DNA of 64,000 nucleotides from an uncultured Gemmatimonadales bacterium (GCA_963816355.1 CAWFKH010000001.1:64001-128000), one strand, 5' to 3'; positions 22,977 through 32,636 are shown, numbered from the stretch's first letter. The notes: generated from the sequence alone by a model not told the origin. Numbers and translations are program-made.

Positions 22977-23858
22977 ATGCGTCTGCCCCCCATCGCGCTC
23001 GTCGCCCTCCTGGGCGCCGCGCCGACCCTCTCCGCGCCACCTCTCTCCGCACAGGCGGTCCCGCGCGCGATCGCGGCCGATCCCGCGCGCGACACCGCGA
23101 ACCCCGCGCGCATGGAGGTCCTCCACATCCCGAGCGGCGGCGTGAGCATCAACGGCGTCGCCTATGTCGCCGCCGGCGCCGGCGCGCACCCCACGCTCCT
23201 CTTGCTGCACGGCTTCCCGGGCAACGAGCAGAACCTCGACCTCGCCCAGGCCGTCCGGCGGGCCGGCTGGAACGTGGTCACCTTCCACTACCGCGGCTCC
23301 TGGGGAAGCCCCGGCGACTACCGCTTCGCGCAGAACCTCGAAGACGCCGACGCCGCGCTCGCCTTTCTGCGCGACGGCGCTCACGCCCGCGCCCTCGGCG
23401 TTGACACGGCCCGGCTGGTCCTCGCCGGCCACAGCATGGGCGGCTGGGTCACGGCGCTCACCGCCGCTCACGACCACCATCTGCGCGGCGCGATCCTGAT
23501 CTCCGCCGCGGACATGGGGCTGCTCGGCACGATGAGCCGCGATCCGCTCGTCGCCTTCATGAGCCAGAACATGGAGTCGCTCGCGGGCGTCACCCCGGCC
23601 GATCTCGCGCACCAGCTGCTCGCCGCGCCCGCGGCGTGGCGCTTCGCGAGCGTCGCCGCGGGCCTCGCGGCGACGCCCATGCTCGTCGTCACCGCCGACG
23701 ACGGCATCGCCGGCCACTCGGACCGGCTCGTCGAGGCCGCGCGCGCGGCAGGGAACGATCGCGTGAGCACCCTCCACATCGCGACCGACCACTCCTATTC
23801 CGACGCGCGGATCGCCCTCGAAGCGGCCGTCCTGCGCTGGCTGGACGCGCTGCGCTGA
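22977..23858 (+). CDS. Secreted alpha/beta hydrolase
   Basis: Signal peptide; LLHGFPGNE, YRGSWGSPG, nucleophile GHSMGG, TDHSYS. Confidence 0.9.
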   Translation: MRLPPIALVALLGAAPTLSAPPLSAQAVPRAIAADPARDTANPARMEVLHIPSGGVSINGVAYVAAGAGAHPTLLLLHGFPGNEQNLDLAQAVRRAGWNVVTFHYRGSWGSPGDYRFAQNLEDADAALAFLRDGAHARALGVDTARLVLAGHSMGGWVTALTAAHDHHLRGAILISAADMGLLGTMSRDPLVAFMSQNMESLAGVTPADLAHQLLAAPAAWRFASVAAGLAATPMLVVTADDGIAGHSDRLVEAARAAGNDRVSTLHIATDHSYSDARIALEAAVLRWLDALR

Positions 23859-23862
23859 AGGG

Positions 23863-25725
23863 TCAGTCCAGCTCGCGCACGGCGGCGACGGCGGGCGCGG
23901 CGCGCCACCCGGCGAGGCGCCGCCGCAGCGCCGCGGCGCGGTCGGCGAGGTAGCGCGGCAGGCGACGCGTCGTGAAGAGCCGGACTTCGCGCGCCACCAG
24001 CAGCGCGGCGATCGCGGCGAGCGACAGCCACGGCGCGAAGCGGCGGTTCCCCGGGAGCCGCCAGAGCAAGTCGTCCTTCTGGAAGCGCGGCGCGGCGGCG
24101 GGGCCCGCCAGCATTCGACGCGCCGCGGCGAGCGCCTCCTCGCGGCCGCCGCCTTGCGGCAGCTCCAGCGCGCGGTCCACCGCCGCGACCGCCTCCTCGC
24201 TCGCGTCGATGCGCGCCACGGCGGCGTCGCACGCCGTTCGGTCCGTGAGGCCGTATTCGGCGCGCAGCCGCGCCAGGCCGCGCATCGCCTCGTAGGTCGC
24301 GGCCACGATGTCGTCCCGCGTCATCCACTCGGTCTCGTAGTTGAGCACGTGCTTCCAGCTCGGCGCGGCGAGGGCGGCGCGGTGCTGCTCCAGCGTGCGG
24401 AAGCGCACGCGATAGCCGAAGCGCTCCGGCTCCTCGTACGCCGGGCTGCCCGGATCCAGGAACGGCGACAGCGGCGCCACGAAGAAGGAGAGGCGGCGGT
24501 CTGCGCCGAACCGCTCGAGCAGCGCACGGCAGTACTCCACGCATCCCACCGCGTCGTCGCGACTCTGGCCCGGCAGCCCCACCATGAAGAAGAGGTCGAC
24601 GCGCCCGACGCCGTTCTCCAGCGCCCGCTCGAGCGTCTCCTCGATCGCCTCGTTCGAGCACGCGAAGCGGTGGTTCGCGCGCCGGATCCGCTCCTGGTGG
24701 GACTCCAGCGTGATCTCCAGGCTCCATCGCGGCACGGCCTCCCCCACGCGCCGCAGGAAATCGTCCCGGGCCGGGTAGAACAGCTCGAAGACGAGCTCGT
24801 TGCGCGGCTTCATCTCGCGCAGGAGCTCCAGGAAACGGCGCTCGTACGCCCGGCCGCCGTGCCGCAGGTCGTGGAACAGCAGGATCGGCGCGCGGCTGAA
24901 CCGCTGGATCCGGCCCACGTCGGCCACCAGCGCCTCGGGCGCGCGGAACGCCGGTCGCGAGCGGTTGCAGATCAGCCGGTAGGCCGAACGCGAACCGCCG
25001 CAGATGGTGCAGTTCATCGAGCACCCTCGCGACGTCAGCAGCGCGGTCATCGGATAGTTCATCCAGCCGCTGAACGGAAGCACGCTCGACAGGCTGCCGT
25101 ACTTGAAGACGGAGCGGATGACGTAGAAGATGTCCGGCACCGACGTCCCGTCCATGCGCGCCGGAACGTGCGAGAGCGCGTTCGACACCGGCGCGCCGTC
25201 CGCGCGCTTCCAGTCCAGGTTCGGGATCGACTCGAAGCCGCCGCCCGCCGCGAGCGCCCCCATCAGCATCGCCATCGGCGCCTCCGTCGAGTCGCCGCGC
25301 AGCACGAAGTCCACGAAGGGCGAGCGGATCAGCTCGTCGTGAAAGTACGACGACGACAACCCGCCGAAGACGACCGGCGTGTCCGGATGATGGCGCTTGA
25401 GGATGCGCGCCAGCTCCATCGCGCCGTGCGCGTGGGGGAGCCAGTGCAGCCCGATCCCGAAGACCGCCGGGTGCAGCGCGGCCAGCTCCGCTTCCGGGTC
25501 GTAGGCGCCATCGGCGAGCATGCGATGCGCGATGTTCAGGATGCGGACGTTGTAGCCCCGCTCCTCCAGGTGCTGGGCGATGCTCGTCAGGCCGATCGGG
25601 TACATCTCGAAGACCGGCGTCGAGAAGACGACGTCGCTCACCGGACCGTACACCGAGCCCGTCTCGCGGAAGCCGTAGACGCTCGGCGGATGGAGAAGGA
25701 CCAGGTCGGTGGCGAAGAGTCGCAT
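23863..25725 (-). CDS. B12-binding domain radical SAM protein (TIGR04190-like)
   Basis: DLVLLHPPSVY.FR, FEMYPIG, LHWLPHAHGA, FGGLSSS, LRGDSTE, CxxxCxxC (CSMNCTIC), PFLDPGS, W...LNYET. Start uncertain (25725 or 25791). Confidence 0.85.
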   Translation of the reverse strand: MRLFATDLVLLHPPSVYGFRETGSVYGPVSDVVFSTPVFEMYPIGLTSIAQHLEERGYNVRILNIAHRMLADGAYDPEAELAALHPAVFGIGLHWLPHAHGAMELARILKRHHPDTPVVFGGLSSSYFHDELIRSPFVDFVLRGDSTEAPMAMLMGALAAGGGFESIPNLDWKRADGAPVSNALSHVPARMDGTSVPDIFYVIRSVFKYGSLSSVLPFSGWMNYPMTALLTSRGCSMNCTICGGSRSAYRLICNRSRPAFRAPEALVADVGRIQRFSRAPILLFHDLRHGGRAYERRFLELLREMKPRNELVFELFYPARDDFLRRVGEAVPRWSLEITLESHQERIRRANHRFACSNEAIEETLERALENGVGRVDLFFMVGLPGQSRDDAVGCVEYCRALLERFGADRRLSFFVAPLSPFLDPGSPAYEEPERFGYRVRFRTLEQHRAALAAPSWKHVLNYETEWMTRDDIVAATYEAMRGLARLRAEYGLTDRTACDAAVARIDASEEAVAAVDRALELPQGGGREEALAAARRMLAGPAAAPRFQKDDLLWRLPGNRRFAPWLSLAAIAALLVAREVRLFTTRRLPRYLADRAAALRRRLAGWRAAPAVAAVRELD

Positions 25726-25887
25726 GCAGCCCTCGGGGTCGAACCGGTGCCCCCCGCGGGTGGCCGGCTGCTTCCACGATATCCCGTGCAATGGCGGCGC
25801 GCCGTCGGAATCCGGCCGATGCCCCGTCGGGAAAGACCCCCGGCGGCCGTCCCCTGCGACGACCCGGCGACCGCGCGCCGCGCCGAC

Positions 25888-25960
25888 GTGACGACGCGCC
25901 GCGGCGATGACGGCCCGTCACCCGGCCGTGACGGCGCGCGACCCGGCCGTGACAGTGCGC
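25888..25960. repeat. Degenerate ~21-bp tandem repeat (RTGACGGC...CCCGGCC)
   Basis: Units at 25888, 25907, 25928 and 25949 in a divergent intergenic region, just upstream of a TAAGAT -10-like hexamer. Confidence 0.65.
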
Positions 25961-26044
25961 CCGTCGCGCGTTAAGATCGCTCCGGCCAGCGTGCGAGACA
26001 CGCACTCGTCCGCATTCGTTGCCCGCAGCCGCGTCGCCTCTCCC

Positions 26045-26761
26045 ATGACATCTGCACGACAGCGACACCCACGCCGACACCCCGGCGGACGCCCACGCCC
26101 GCACCGGCCGTTGCTCGCCGCGGCCGCGGGGATCCTGGCCGCGGCCGCGACCATCGCCCTCGCGAGCTCGCCGCTGTCCGCGCAGCGCACGGCCGCGCCG
26201 CCGCGCGACCATACGCAGGCGGACGCCGCGTTCATGCAGGGGATGATCGTCCACCACGCGCAGGCGGTCGTGATGTCCGACTGGGCGCCGTCGCACGGCG
26301 CGAGTCCGGCGCTGCGGGTGCTCACGCGACGCATCGCGCTCTCGCAGCGCGACGAGATCGCGCTGATGCAGCGCTGGCTGCGGGACCGGCATCTGGACGC
26401 TCCGGATCCCCTGCACATGCTGGACGCCGACACCGGCGCCGTGCACGACACGAGCCCGCTGCACATGCCGGGCATGGACATGGGCGACCACCCGATGATG
26501 ATGGCCGGGATGCTCACGCCCGCGGAGATGCGCGCGCTCGACGCGGCGCGCGACACCGCCTTCGACCGCCTCTACCTCACCGGCATGATCAAGCACCATC
26601 AGGGGGCGCTCGACATGGTCGCCCACCTGTTCGCGCAGCCGGGTGCGGGACAGCAGCCCGAAATCTCCACGTTCGCCACCGACATCGACGCGGGCCAGCG
26701 GGCCGAGATCGGCCGCATGCAGGCCCTTCTGGAAACCCTCACTCCGGGTGGAACACGATGA
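26045..26761 (+). CDS. DUF305 domain protein (ferritin-like, Met/His-rich)
   Basis: ADAAFMQGMIVHHAQAVVMS, QRDEIALM, MAGMLT, FDRLYLTGMIKHHQGA, QRAEIGRM; signal peptide. Confidence 0.9.
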   Translation: MTSARQRHPRRHPGGRPRPHRPLLAAAAGILAAAATIALASSPLSAQRTAAPPRDHTQADAAFMQGMIVHHAQAVVMSDWAPSHGASPALRVLTRRIALSQRDEIALMQRWLRDRHLDAPDPLHMLDADTGAVHDTSPLHMPGMDMGDHPMMMAGMLTPAEMRALDAARDTAFDRLYLTGMIKHHQGALDMVAHLFAQPGAGQQPEISTFATDIDAGQRAEIGRMQALLETLTPGGTR

Positions 26762-28710
26762 CCGATCCCGCTCGCCTCCGCGCCGCCTCCGCCGTCTGTG
26801 GCGGGCTGTGCCTCCTCGTCGCCTCGCTCGCCCTCGCCGCCCCCGCGCGGGCCCAGTCGAGCACGACCGATCCGCGCGCGGCGCTCACGGCCGGCCTCCA
26901 CGACGCGGGCGTCGCCAGCCGGGGACTGGAGCGGGTGGCCCACCGCGACAAGCCGGACGTGTTCCACCCGGACGATCCGGGCGGGCTGATCTACGCCAAC
27001 TCGGACCTCGCCTTCGGCGGCCACTACGCGTTCCAGGGGAACTTCAGCGGGCTGCAGATCTGGGACATCGCCGATCCGGCCGCACCGAAGCTGGTCGACT
27101 CGGACGTCTGCTTCACCGAGCAGGGCGACGTCTCCGTCTACGGCAACCTGCTCTTCGTCTCGGCGGAGAACACCGGCAGCCGACTCGACTGCGGCACGCA
27201 GGGCGTGCAGGACAGGGTGAGCGATCAGCGCATGCTCGGCATCCGCATCTTCGACATCTCCGATCCGCGCCACCCCAGGCAGGTCGCCGACGTCCAGACC
27301 TGCCGCGGCTCGCACACCCACACGCTGGTGAGCGACCCCGCGGACAAGGGCGTCGTGTACGTGTACGTCTCCGGGCTGGCCGGCGTCCGCCCGAGCCGCG
27401 AGATGCCCGGCTGCGAGAGCGGCGACATCACCGATCCCAACACCGCGCTCTTCCGCATCGAGGTCATCCGGGTGCCGCTCGATCACCCGGAACGCGCGGC
27501 GATCGTCAGCTCCCCGCGCATCTTCAACGACCTCACCGCACCGCCGTCGCACGGCGTGGCCTATGCCGACACGGCGAACGGCGCCGCGCTGGCCACCGCC
27601 CGCCGCCGCCTGTCCCGGCTCGGGCTGCCGCCGACGACGACGGCCGCGGACTCGGAGCGCGCGGCGCGCCTGTACGCGAGGGTGAGCAGCGACGGCGACG
27701 ACGCGGCCGTCGCGGCGGCCCGCGATTCGCTCGTCGCGATGGGAGCCAGCGGCCGCGCGATCAGCGGCCGATCCCGCGGCGGCCCGTCGCAGTGCCACGA
27801 CATCACGGTCTACCCGGCCATCGGGCGGGCCGCCGGCGCGTGCTCCGGATACGGCCTGCTCCTCGACATCCAGGACCCCATGCACCCGCGCCGCCTCGAC
27901 GCCGTCGCCGACTCCAACTTCTCCTTCTGGCACTCGGCCACCTTCAGCAACGACGGCTCGAAGCTGCTCTACACGGACGAATGGGGCGGCGGCACGCAGG
28001 CGAAGTGCCGCGCCACCGACCCGAAGGAGTGGGGCGCCGACGCGATCTTCACCCTTCGCGGCGGATCGCTCCGGCAGGCCGGCTACTTCAAGATGCCGGC
28101 GGCGCAGACGCCCGAGGAGAACTGCGTCGCGCACAACGGCGGCCTGGTCCCGGTGCCGGGCCGCGACATCATGGTCCAGGGATGGTACCAGGGCGGCATC
28201 TCCGTCTTCGACTGGACCGATCCGGACCACCCGAAGGAGATCGCGTACTTCGACCAGGGGCCGATCGACGCGTCGAAGCTGGTGCTCGGCGGCTACTGGG
28301 CCGGCTACTACTACAACGGCTACATCTACGGCTCCGAGATCGCGCGCGGCTTCGACGTGTTCGAGCTGACGCCCACGCCCGACCTGACGCAGAACGAGAT
28401 CGACGCCGCGAAGCTCGTCCGCTTCGAGCGTCTCAACCCGCAGAACCAGCCGAAGCTCGTGTGGCCCGCCGCCTTCCCCGTCGCGCGCGCCTACCTCGAC
28501 CAGCTCGTGCGCGACGACGGCCTGCCCGGCGCACGCACGGCCGCGATCGCGAAGGCGCTCGACGGCGCCGAGAAGATGCGGGGCGCCGCGCGGTCCGGCG
28601 CGCTCGCGAAGCTCGCCGGCGAGCTCGGCTCCGACGCGCAGCGCGCGAGCGACGCGCCGCGCGTGCGCGCGCTGGCCGACGTGGTGCGGGAGCTCGCGAA
28701 GACGCGGTAG
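26758..28710 (+). CDS. Secreted LVIVD-repeat beta-propeller protein
   Basis: NSDLAF, QGDVSVYGNLLFVS, CRGSHTHT, CHDITVYP, FWHSATF, TDEWGGG, ENCVAHNG; ATGA overlap with DUF305. Confidence 0.88.
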   Translation: MTDPARLRAASAVCGGLCLLVASLALAAPARAQSSTTDPRAALTAGLHDAGVASRGLERVAHRDKPDVFHPDDPGGLIYANSDLAFGGHYAFQGNFSGLQIWDIADPAAPKLVDSDVCFTEQGDVSVYGNLLFVSAENTGSRLDCGTQGVQDRVSDQRMLGIRIFDISDPRHPRQVADVQTCRGSHTHTLVSDPADKGVVYVYVSGLAGVRPSREMPGCESGDITDPNTALFRIEVIRVPLDHPERAAIVSSPRIFNDLTAPPSHGVAYADTANGAALATARRRLSRLGLPPTTTAADSERAARLYARVSSDGDDAAVAAARDSLVAMGASGRAISGRSRGGPSQCHDITVYPAIGRAAGACSGYGLLLDIQDPMHPRRLDAVADSNFSFWHSATFSNDGSKLLYTDEWGGGTQAKCRATDPKEWGADAIFTLRGGSLRQAGYFKMPAAQTPEENCVAHNGGLVPVPGRDIMVQGWYQGGISVFDWTDPDHPKEIAYFDQGPIDASKLVLGGYWAGYYYNGYIYGSEIARGFDVFELTPTPDLTQNEIDAAKLVRFERLNPQNQPKLVWPAAFPVARAYLDQLVRDDGLPGARTAAIAKALDGAEKMRGAARSGALAKLAGELGSDAQRASDAPRVRALADVVRELAKTR

Positions 28711-28726
28711 CGCGAAGACGCGGTAG
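28695..28726. repeat. 16-bp perfect tandem duplication including the LVIVD stop codon
   Basis: CGCGAAGACGCGGTAG x2. Confidence 0.9.
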
Positions 28727-28737
28727 CGCGGGGCCGA

Positions 28738-28772
28738 GCGCAAGCGCGAGGCCGCCGGATCAGGGCGGCGTC
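28738..28772. repeat. 35-bp direct repeat, left copy
   Basis: GCGCAAGCGCGAGGCCGCCGGATCAGGGCGGCGTC; recurs at 32599-32636 with one extra GCC. Confidence 0.85.
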
Positions 28773-31700
28773 AGTGAGAACACCGCGTCGCGGCTGACGA
28801 CGCTGCCGGCGACGTTCCTGGCCAGGAGCTGGAAGCGCGTGGTCGCGGCAGGGACGGGCCGGTACACGTAGTAGTAGACGAAATCGGCGGCGGCGGGGCC
28901 GCTCGAGAGCTGGACGTGCACGTCGGCCGGCAGGCTTCCGTAGCGGCCTATCGGCATGGCGGGCACGAGTTGCGTCCACGGCTGGCGCGGGTGCTCGGCG
29001 TCGCCGTCGAAGACGCGGAGGAAGAGCTCGTCGGCCCACGACGTCGTGACCTGCAGCCGCAGCTCCGTCACCCCTTGCAGGGGCGCGAGCGACACCGCTT
29101 CGGCGAACGCCATCGCCGCCGGATCGAACAGGAGGAGCACCGGCACTGGCGGGGGGCTGAGCGTCCGGACATCGGCGATGAGGGCGTACTCGCTCAGGCT
29201 CGCGATCTTGTGCTCCCCGTCGGCACCGTCGTCGAAGCCGACCGGTACATCCACGGAGGCCTTGCTCAGCCAGTCGTTCGGATTGAACCAGGGGAAGCCG
29301 GGGTTGTCGAACTCGATGCCGGCGGCGGTGAGGAGAAGATGCGAGTCGGGCTTGAAGCTGCCTTGGAGGGGAGGCGCGTCGAGGCGGACATGGTCGCCGG
29401 CAGCGGCCTGGATGAAGATCTTCCTGCGGCCGACGGCGGTGTAGTAGTCGTCCGTCGAGAGGCGGTCGACGGAGAGCCAGTACTGGAGCTCGCCTGGACC
29501 GACCGGATCGAAGTCGCGGAAGACTTCCACTCGCGGGGCGGAGACCTCGAGTCGTTTCGGGACATGCTGGATGGGGACATCGGCGCTCGCAACCCGGTTG
29601 CGCAGGCCGACGTGCGCCGTGAGCGCGTGGTCGTCGTCGTGCAGCCGGAGCGTGGTGCCGGCGACGCCGAGCGGGATGCCCCACTCGCGCTCGTCGGCCC
29701 AGTCTCCACTCTGGCGTTTAAGAACCGTCGCCTCGACGGCTCCGAGGAGGCCAGCGGCGGTGTGCACCTCGAACCTCACATCGAAGCTCTCGTCGTCGCC
29801 GGCGGACTCCGGCAAGTACAGGGACGTGGTCCACGGACCGCCGCCGAGAGGCACCACCGCGCCGGAATCGATCGCGGCGACGGCGGGGTCGGCGTGCGGC
29901 CGCAGGGCGAAGGGGGCGCGTCCGATTTCGCCGCCGTCGACGAGGGCGACGACGTCGAAGCGGCGGCCATCGGCGAGCGCGGCCAGCGGATCCGACTGGG
30001 GGTCGCGTGAGGCTCCGCCCTTGGAACCGGTCCCGGCCTGCACCTCGAAGCTGTCGAAGGAGACGACGAGCCAATCGAGGTCCTCGGCGCCCAGGGTGGC
30101 ACGGTCGAAGACGAAGTCGACGTCCACCATCGCGCCGGTGGCGGTGACCACGTTGGGGCGGCCGTTCGCCGCGGCGGTCATCTGGCCCAGACCCGTCCGA
30201 TCGTCGACGCGGACCGAGGCGGCGAAGGTGCCGAGATCGAGGACGAACAGCTGGAACTCGGCCTCGAGGGTCTCGCGCGTGAGCGGGTAGGCCGCCGGCT
30301 CGCCATCGGGAGTGGCGGACTGCCCGCGGGCCCGCCCCGCGCGCTCGCGGCCCAGGCCCTCGAACAGGATTTCGAGCAGGACGCCGCCGCAGCCGCGCGG
30401 CGTCTTCGGCCGCCAGTATTCGAGGCGTGCGGCACCCTCAATGTGCAGCCGGCCGACGCGGTCGACGTCGTGCGCGGCCGTGTCCCCTAGCAGCGTCGAC
30501 GAGAGCTCGAGCAGCACCGGGCGCGGGTGTGTCGGCGGGCGCAGCGTGGCACCGTCGAAGTGATCGCGCTCGGTCGCCCCCGGCGCGCCGGCCGGGCCGG
30601 GGAGATCGATCAGCGTACGCGTCTCCTGCATGCTGAGCACCTGCGCGGGGCCGCCGGGCAGGCCATCGTGCTCGGTGGAAAGCGTGTACTGGAGGTGAAG
30701 CACCGGCAGCCCGAGCTCCGGACTCTCGCGTCGTTCTCCGCGCAATCGCCGCAGAACCTCCGCAAGGCCGGACTGCAGGTACGCCATCCAGCGGGCGAAC
30801 GGCTTCTCTTGGTCGTTCAGCCGGAGCTGCAGCGGCCGGAACTCGAAGCCCTCGCGCGGCACGACCTCGTGACTCAGCCGGGCGCCCGCGCGGCCGTGCT
30901 GGGCGAGCCGCTCGAAGTCAATCTCGAGGCGGAGTGATCCGGGTTCGTCGGGGTCCGGCGCCACGGCGATCCGGCCGTAGCGCACGAAACGGTCGGCGGC
31001 GCGCTGGATGTCGATCCCTCGCGGCAGGTCCAGGACAGCGAGGAGGTTCATGGGCAAGAGCGTCGAGGGCAGGACCGGGTCGCGCCACCGCGCCTCCGTG
31101 ATGAGACGGGTCACGAGGTTGAGGCCGACGCCGAGTGCTGCCTGGTCGGCGGCAGTGGCCGGGAACGCCGCGTCGTCGAGCAGGATCGGCAGTCCGAAGA
31201 GGATTGCGAGCGGCAGCGTTAACATCTGCGGATCGATCGCACCCGACACCGCCGCCGCGACCGCCTGCTCCAGAGCTGCTCTTCCAGCGAACCGGGTATC
31301 CGCGTCGACCACCACATCGGTGCTCCAGTCGAGGCGGCTGGCGCGAACTCGTGGCAGGAAGAAGACGGTCACGGTCAGGCTGTGGATCTCGATGTCGGGG
31401 CCGTCGATCACCTTGACCTCCGGCACGCCGGCGTCGACCGACTCGAGCGTGAGGCTCGCCGCCACCGCAGGTCTGCCGGACCGCTCCACGACCCGCAGAT
31501 CGAGCGCCCCGATCCCGCGCGCGGGATCCACGGCGAGATTCTGCGCGATCGCGATCTGAGTGAGCCCAAGTGCGAAGGCGGCCGGAAGCGTCCAGAGCCC
31601 GAGGAAGGGGAGGGCGAGTAGTGCCAGCGCCTCGAACGGCAGCGGAGCGTTCTCGTCGATGGCGTTCGCCGCGAACTCGCCGACGACCACCGGCAACTCG

Positions 31701-32533
31701 ATGGGCACCTCGGCGCGGGCGCCGAGCGCCCGCAACAGCGGTTGCACGAACGGCGGCAATGAGATCTCCGTTCGGCCAGCGTTCAGATACGCCGCGAAGC
31801 CGCCGGCTCCGCCGCCGAACTTAAGGCGGCGGTCGACGATCTCGACGTGGCCGGCGTCGGACCACGGTGCATCCGTGAACCAGCGGGGATAGTCGATCAC
31901 GCCGTCGGGCGGGAAGCCGATGTACGCCGTCACCGGCACGGGGAACGTACCGAACCGCTCGCCGCCCGCGACGGGCGTCGTGCTGTTGAACATTAGATAG
32001 GCGGAGCCGCTGGCTCCCTGCAGGTCGGCGAAGAATGCGGAGGACGCCGCGCGAATGCTCGCTTCGTCGCTCAACGCGCGCGTGCCGTCCGGCTGGTGCA
32101 GCGGAAGCTGGCTCCGCTCCGCCTCATCGTAGTCCGAAGACGGCGGATCGAAGCGGATCTCGACGCCCCGGCCGGGATCAACGCTCAGCCCTTCGCCGAC
32201 GAGGATCACGAAATAATTGTAGCTGCCGCCCCCGGGGGGCGCCTGCCACGCGTCGGGCTGATTGATGACGCTCTCCGGCCCGTTGAGGTCCGGCACATCG
32301 ACCGGGTCGGACGCGGGGAAAGCGCGCTTCCGTACACGATAGCGGGGCCGCCACGCCCTCAGCGGCGCGGCGTCGAAGAACGCCGCCACCGCGCTCGCGA
32401 GCGTGTCGTTCCAGAGACCCTGGCGCACCATCAGGTCGAGAAGGTGGAGCGCCGGATCGGAGGACGAGAACGCGTTGCCGGCGAGCAGGTCGGCGACCGG
32501 CCGCAGGACGCTCGACGGGATGTGTCGTTGCAT
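28760..32533 (-). CDS. Large hypothetical protein (1257 aa), no recognised family
   Basis: Long ORF with natural amino-acid composition; GAGGGGG RBS; more A/T-ending codons than neighbours. Confidence 0.85.
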   Translation of the reverse strand: MQRHIPSSVLRPVADLLAGNAFSSSDPALHLLDLMVRQGLWNDTLASAVAAFFDAAPLRAWRPRYRVRKRAFPASDPVDVPDLNGPESVINQPDAWQAPPGGGSYNYFVILVGEGLSVDPGRGVEIRFDPPSSDYDEAERSQLPLHQPDGTRALSDEASIRAASSAFFADLQGASGSAYLMFNSTTPVAGGERFGTFPVPVTAYIGFPPDGVIDYPRWFTDAPWSDAGHVEIVDRRLKFGGGAGGFAAYLNAGRTEISLPPFVQPLLRALGARAEVPIELPVVVGEFAANAIDENAPLPFEALALLALPFLGLWTLPAAFALGLTQIAIAQNLAVDPARGIGALDLRVVERSGRPAVAASLTLESVDAGVPEVKVIDGPDIEIHSLTVTVFFLPRVRASRLDWSTDVVVDADTRFAGRAALEQAVAAAVSGAIDPQMLTLPLAILFGLPILLDDAAFPATAADQAALGVGLNLVTRLITEARWRDPVLPSTLLPMNLLAVLDLPRGIDIQRAADRFVRYGRIAVAPDPDEPGSLRLEIDFERLAQHGRAGARLSHEVVPREGFEFRPLQLRLNDQEKPFARWMAYLQSGLAEVLRRLRGERRESPELGLPVLHLQYTLSTEHDGLPGGPAQVLSMQETRTLIDLPGPAGAPGATERDHFDGATLRPPTHPRPVLLELSSTLLGDTAAHDVDRVGRLHIEGAARLEYWRPKTPRGCGGVLLEILFEGLGRERAGRARGQSATPDGEPAAYPLTRETLEAEFQLFVLDLGTFAASVRVDDRTGLGQMTAAANGRPNVVTATGAMVDVDFVFDRATLGAEDLDWLVVSFDSFEVQAGTGSKGGASRDPQSDPLAALADGRRFDVVALVDGGEIGRAPFALRPHADPAVAAIDSGAVVPLGGGPWTTSLYLPESAGDDESFDVRFEVHTAAGLLGAVEATVLKRQSGDWADEREWGIPLGVAGTTLRLHDDDHALTAHVGLRNRVASADVPIQHVPKRLEVSAPRVEVFRDFDPVGPGELQYWLSVDRLSTDDYYTAVGRRKIFIQAAAGDHVRLDAPPLQGSFKPDSHLLLTAAGIEFDNPGFPWFNPNDWLSKASVDVPVGFDDGADGEHKIASLSEYALIADVRTLSPPPVPVLLLFDPAAMAFAEAVSLAPLQGVTELRLQVTTSWADELFLRVFDGDAEHPRQPWTQLVPAMPIGRYGSLPADVHVQLSSGPAAADFVYYYVYRPVPAATTRFQLLARNVAGSVVSRDAVFSLTPP

Positions 32534-32598
32534 TCAGCCCCCTCGGATTCGATGCTTCAGGAGATCAGGGTGCTTCGCGGGCATGAGGATGGTCTTAC

Positions 32599-32636
32599 GC
32601 GCAAGCGCGAGGCCGCCGCCGGATCAGGGCGGCGTC
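32599..32636. repeat. Direct repeat, right copy (38 bp)
   Basis: GCGCAAGCGCGAGGCCGCCGCCGGATCAGGGCGGCGTC. Confidence 0.85.

Noticed and set aside
25726..25900. Cobalamin riboswitch upstream of the B12 radical SAM gene
   Set aside because: Could not find the conserved B12-box or GGGAA / GCCACTG elements by eye; an Rfam scan would settle it.
28738..32636. Integron cassette or prophage att sites
   Set aside because: No GTTRRRY/RYYYAAC attC structure, integrase or tRNA target; kept only as direct repeats.
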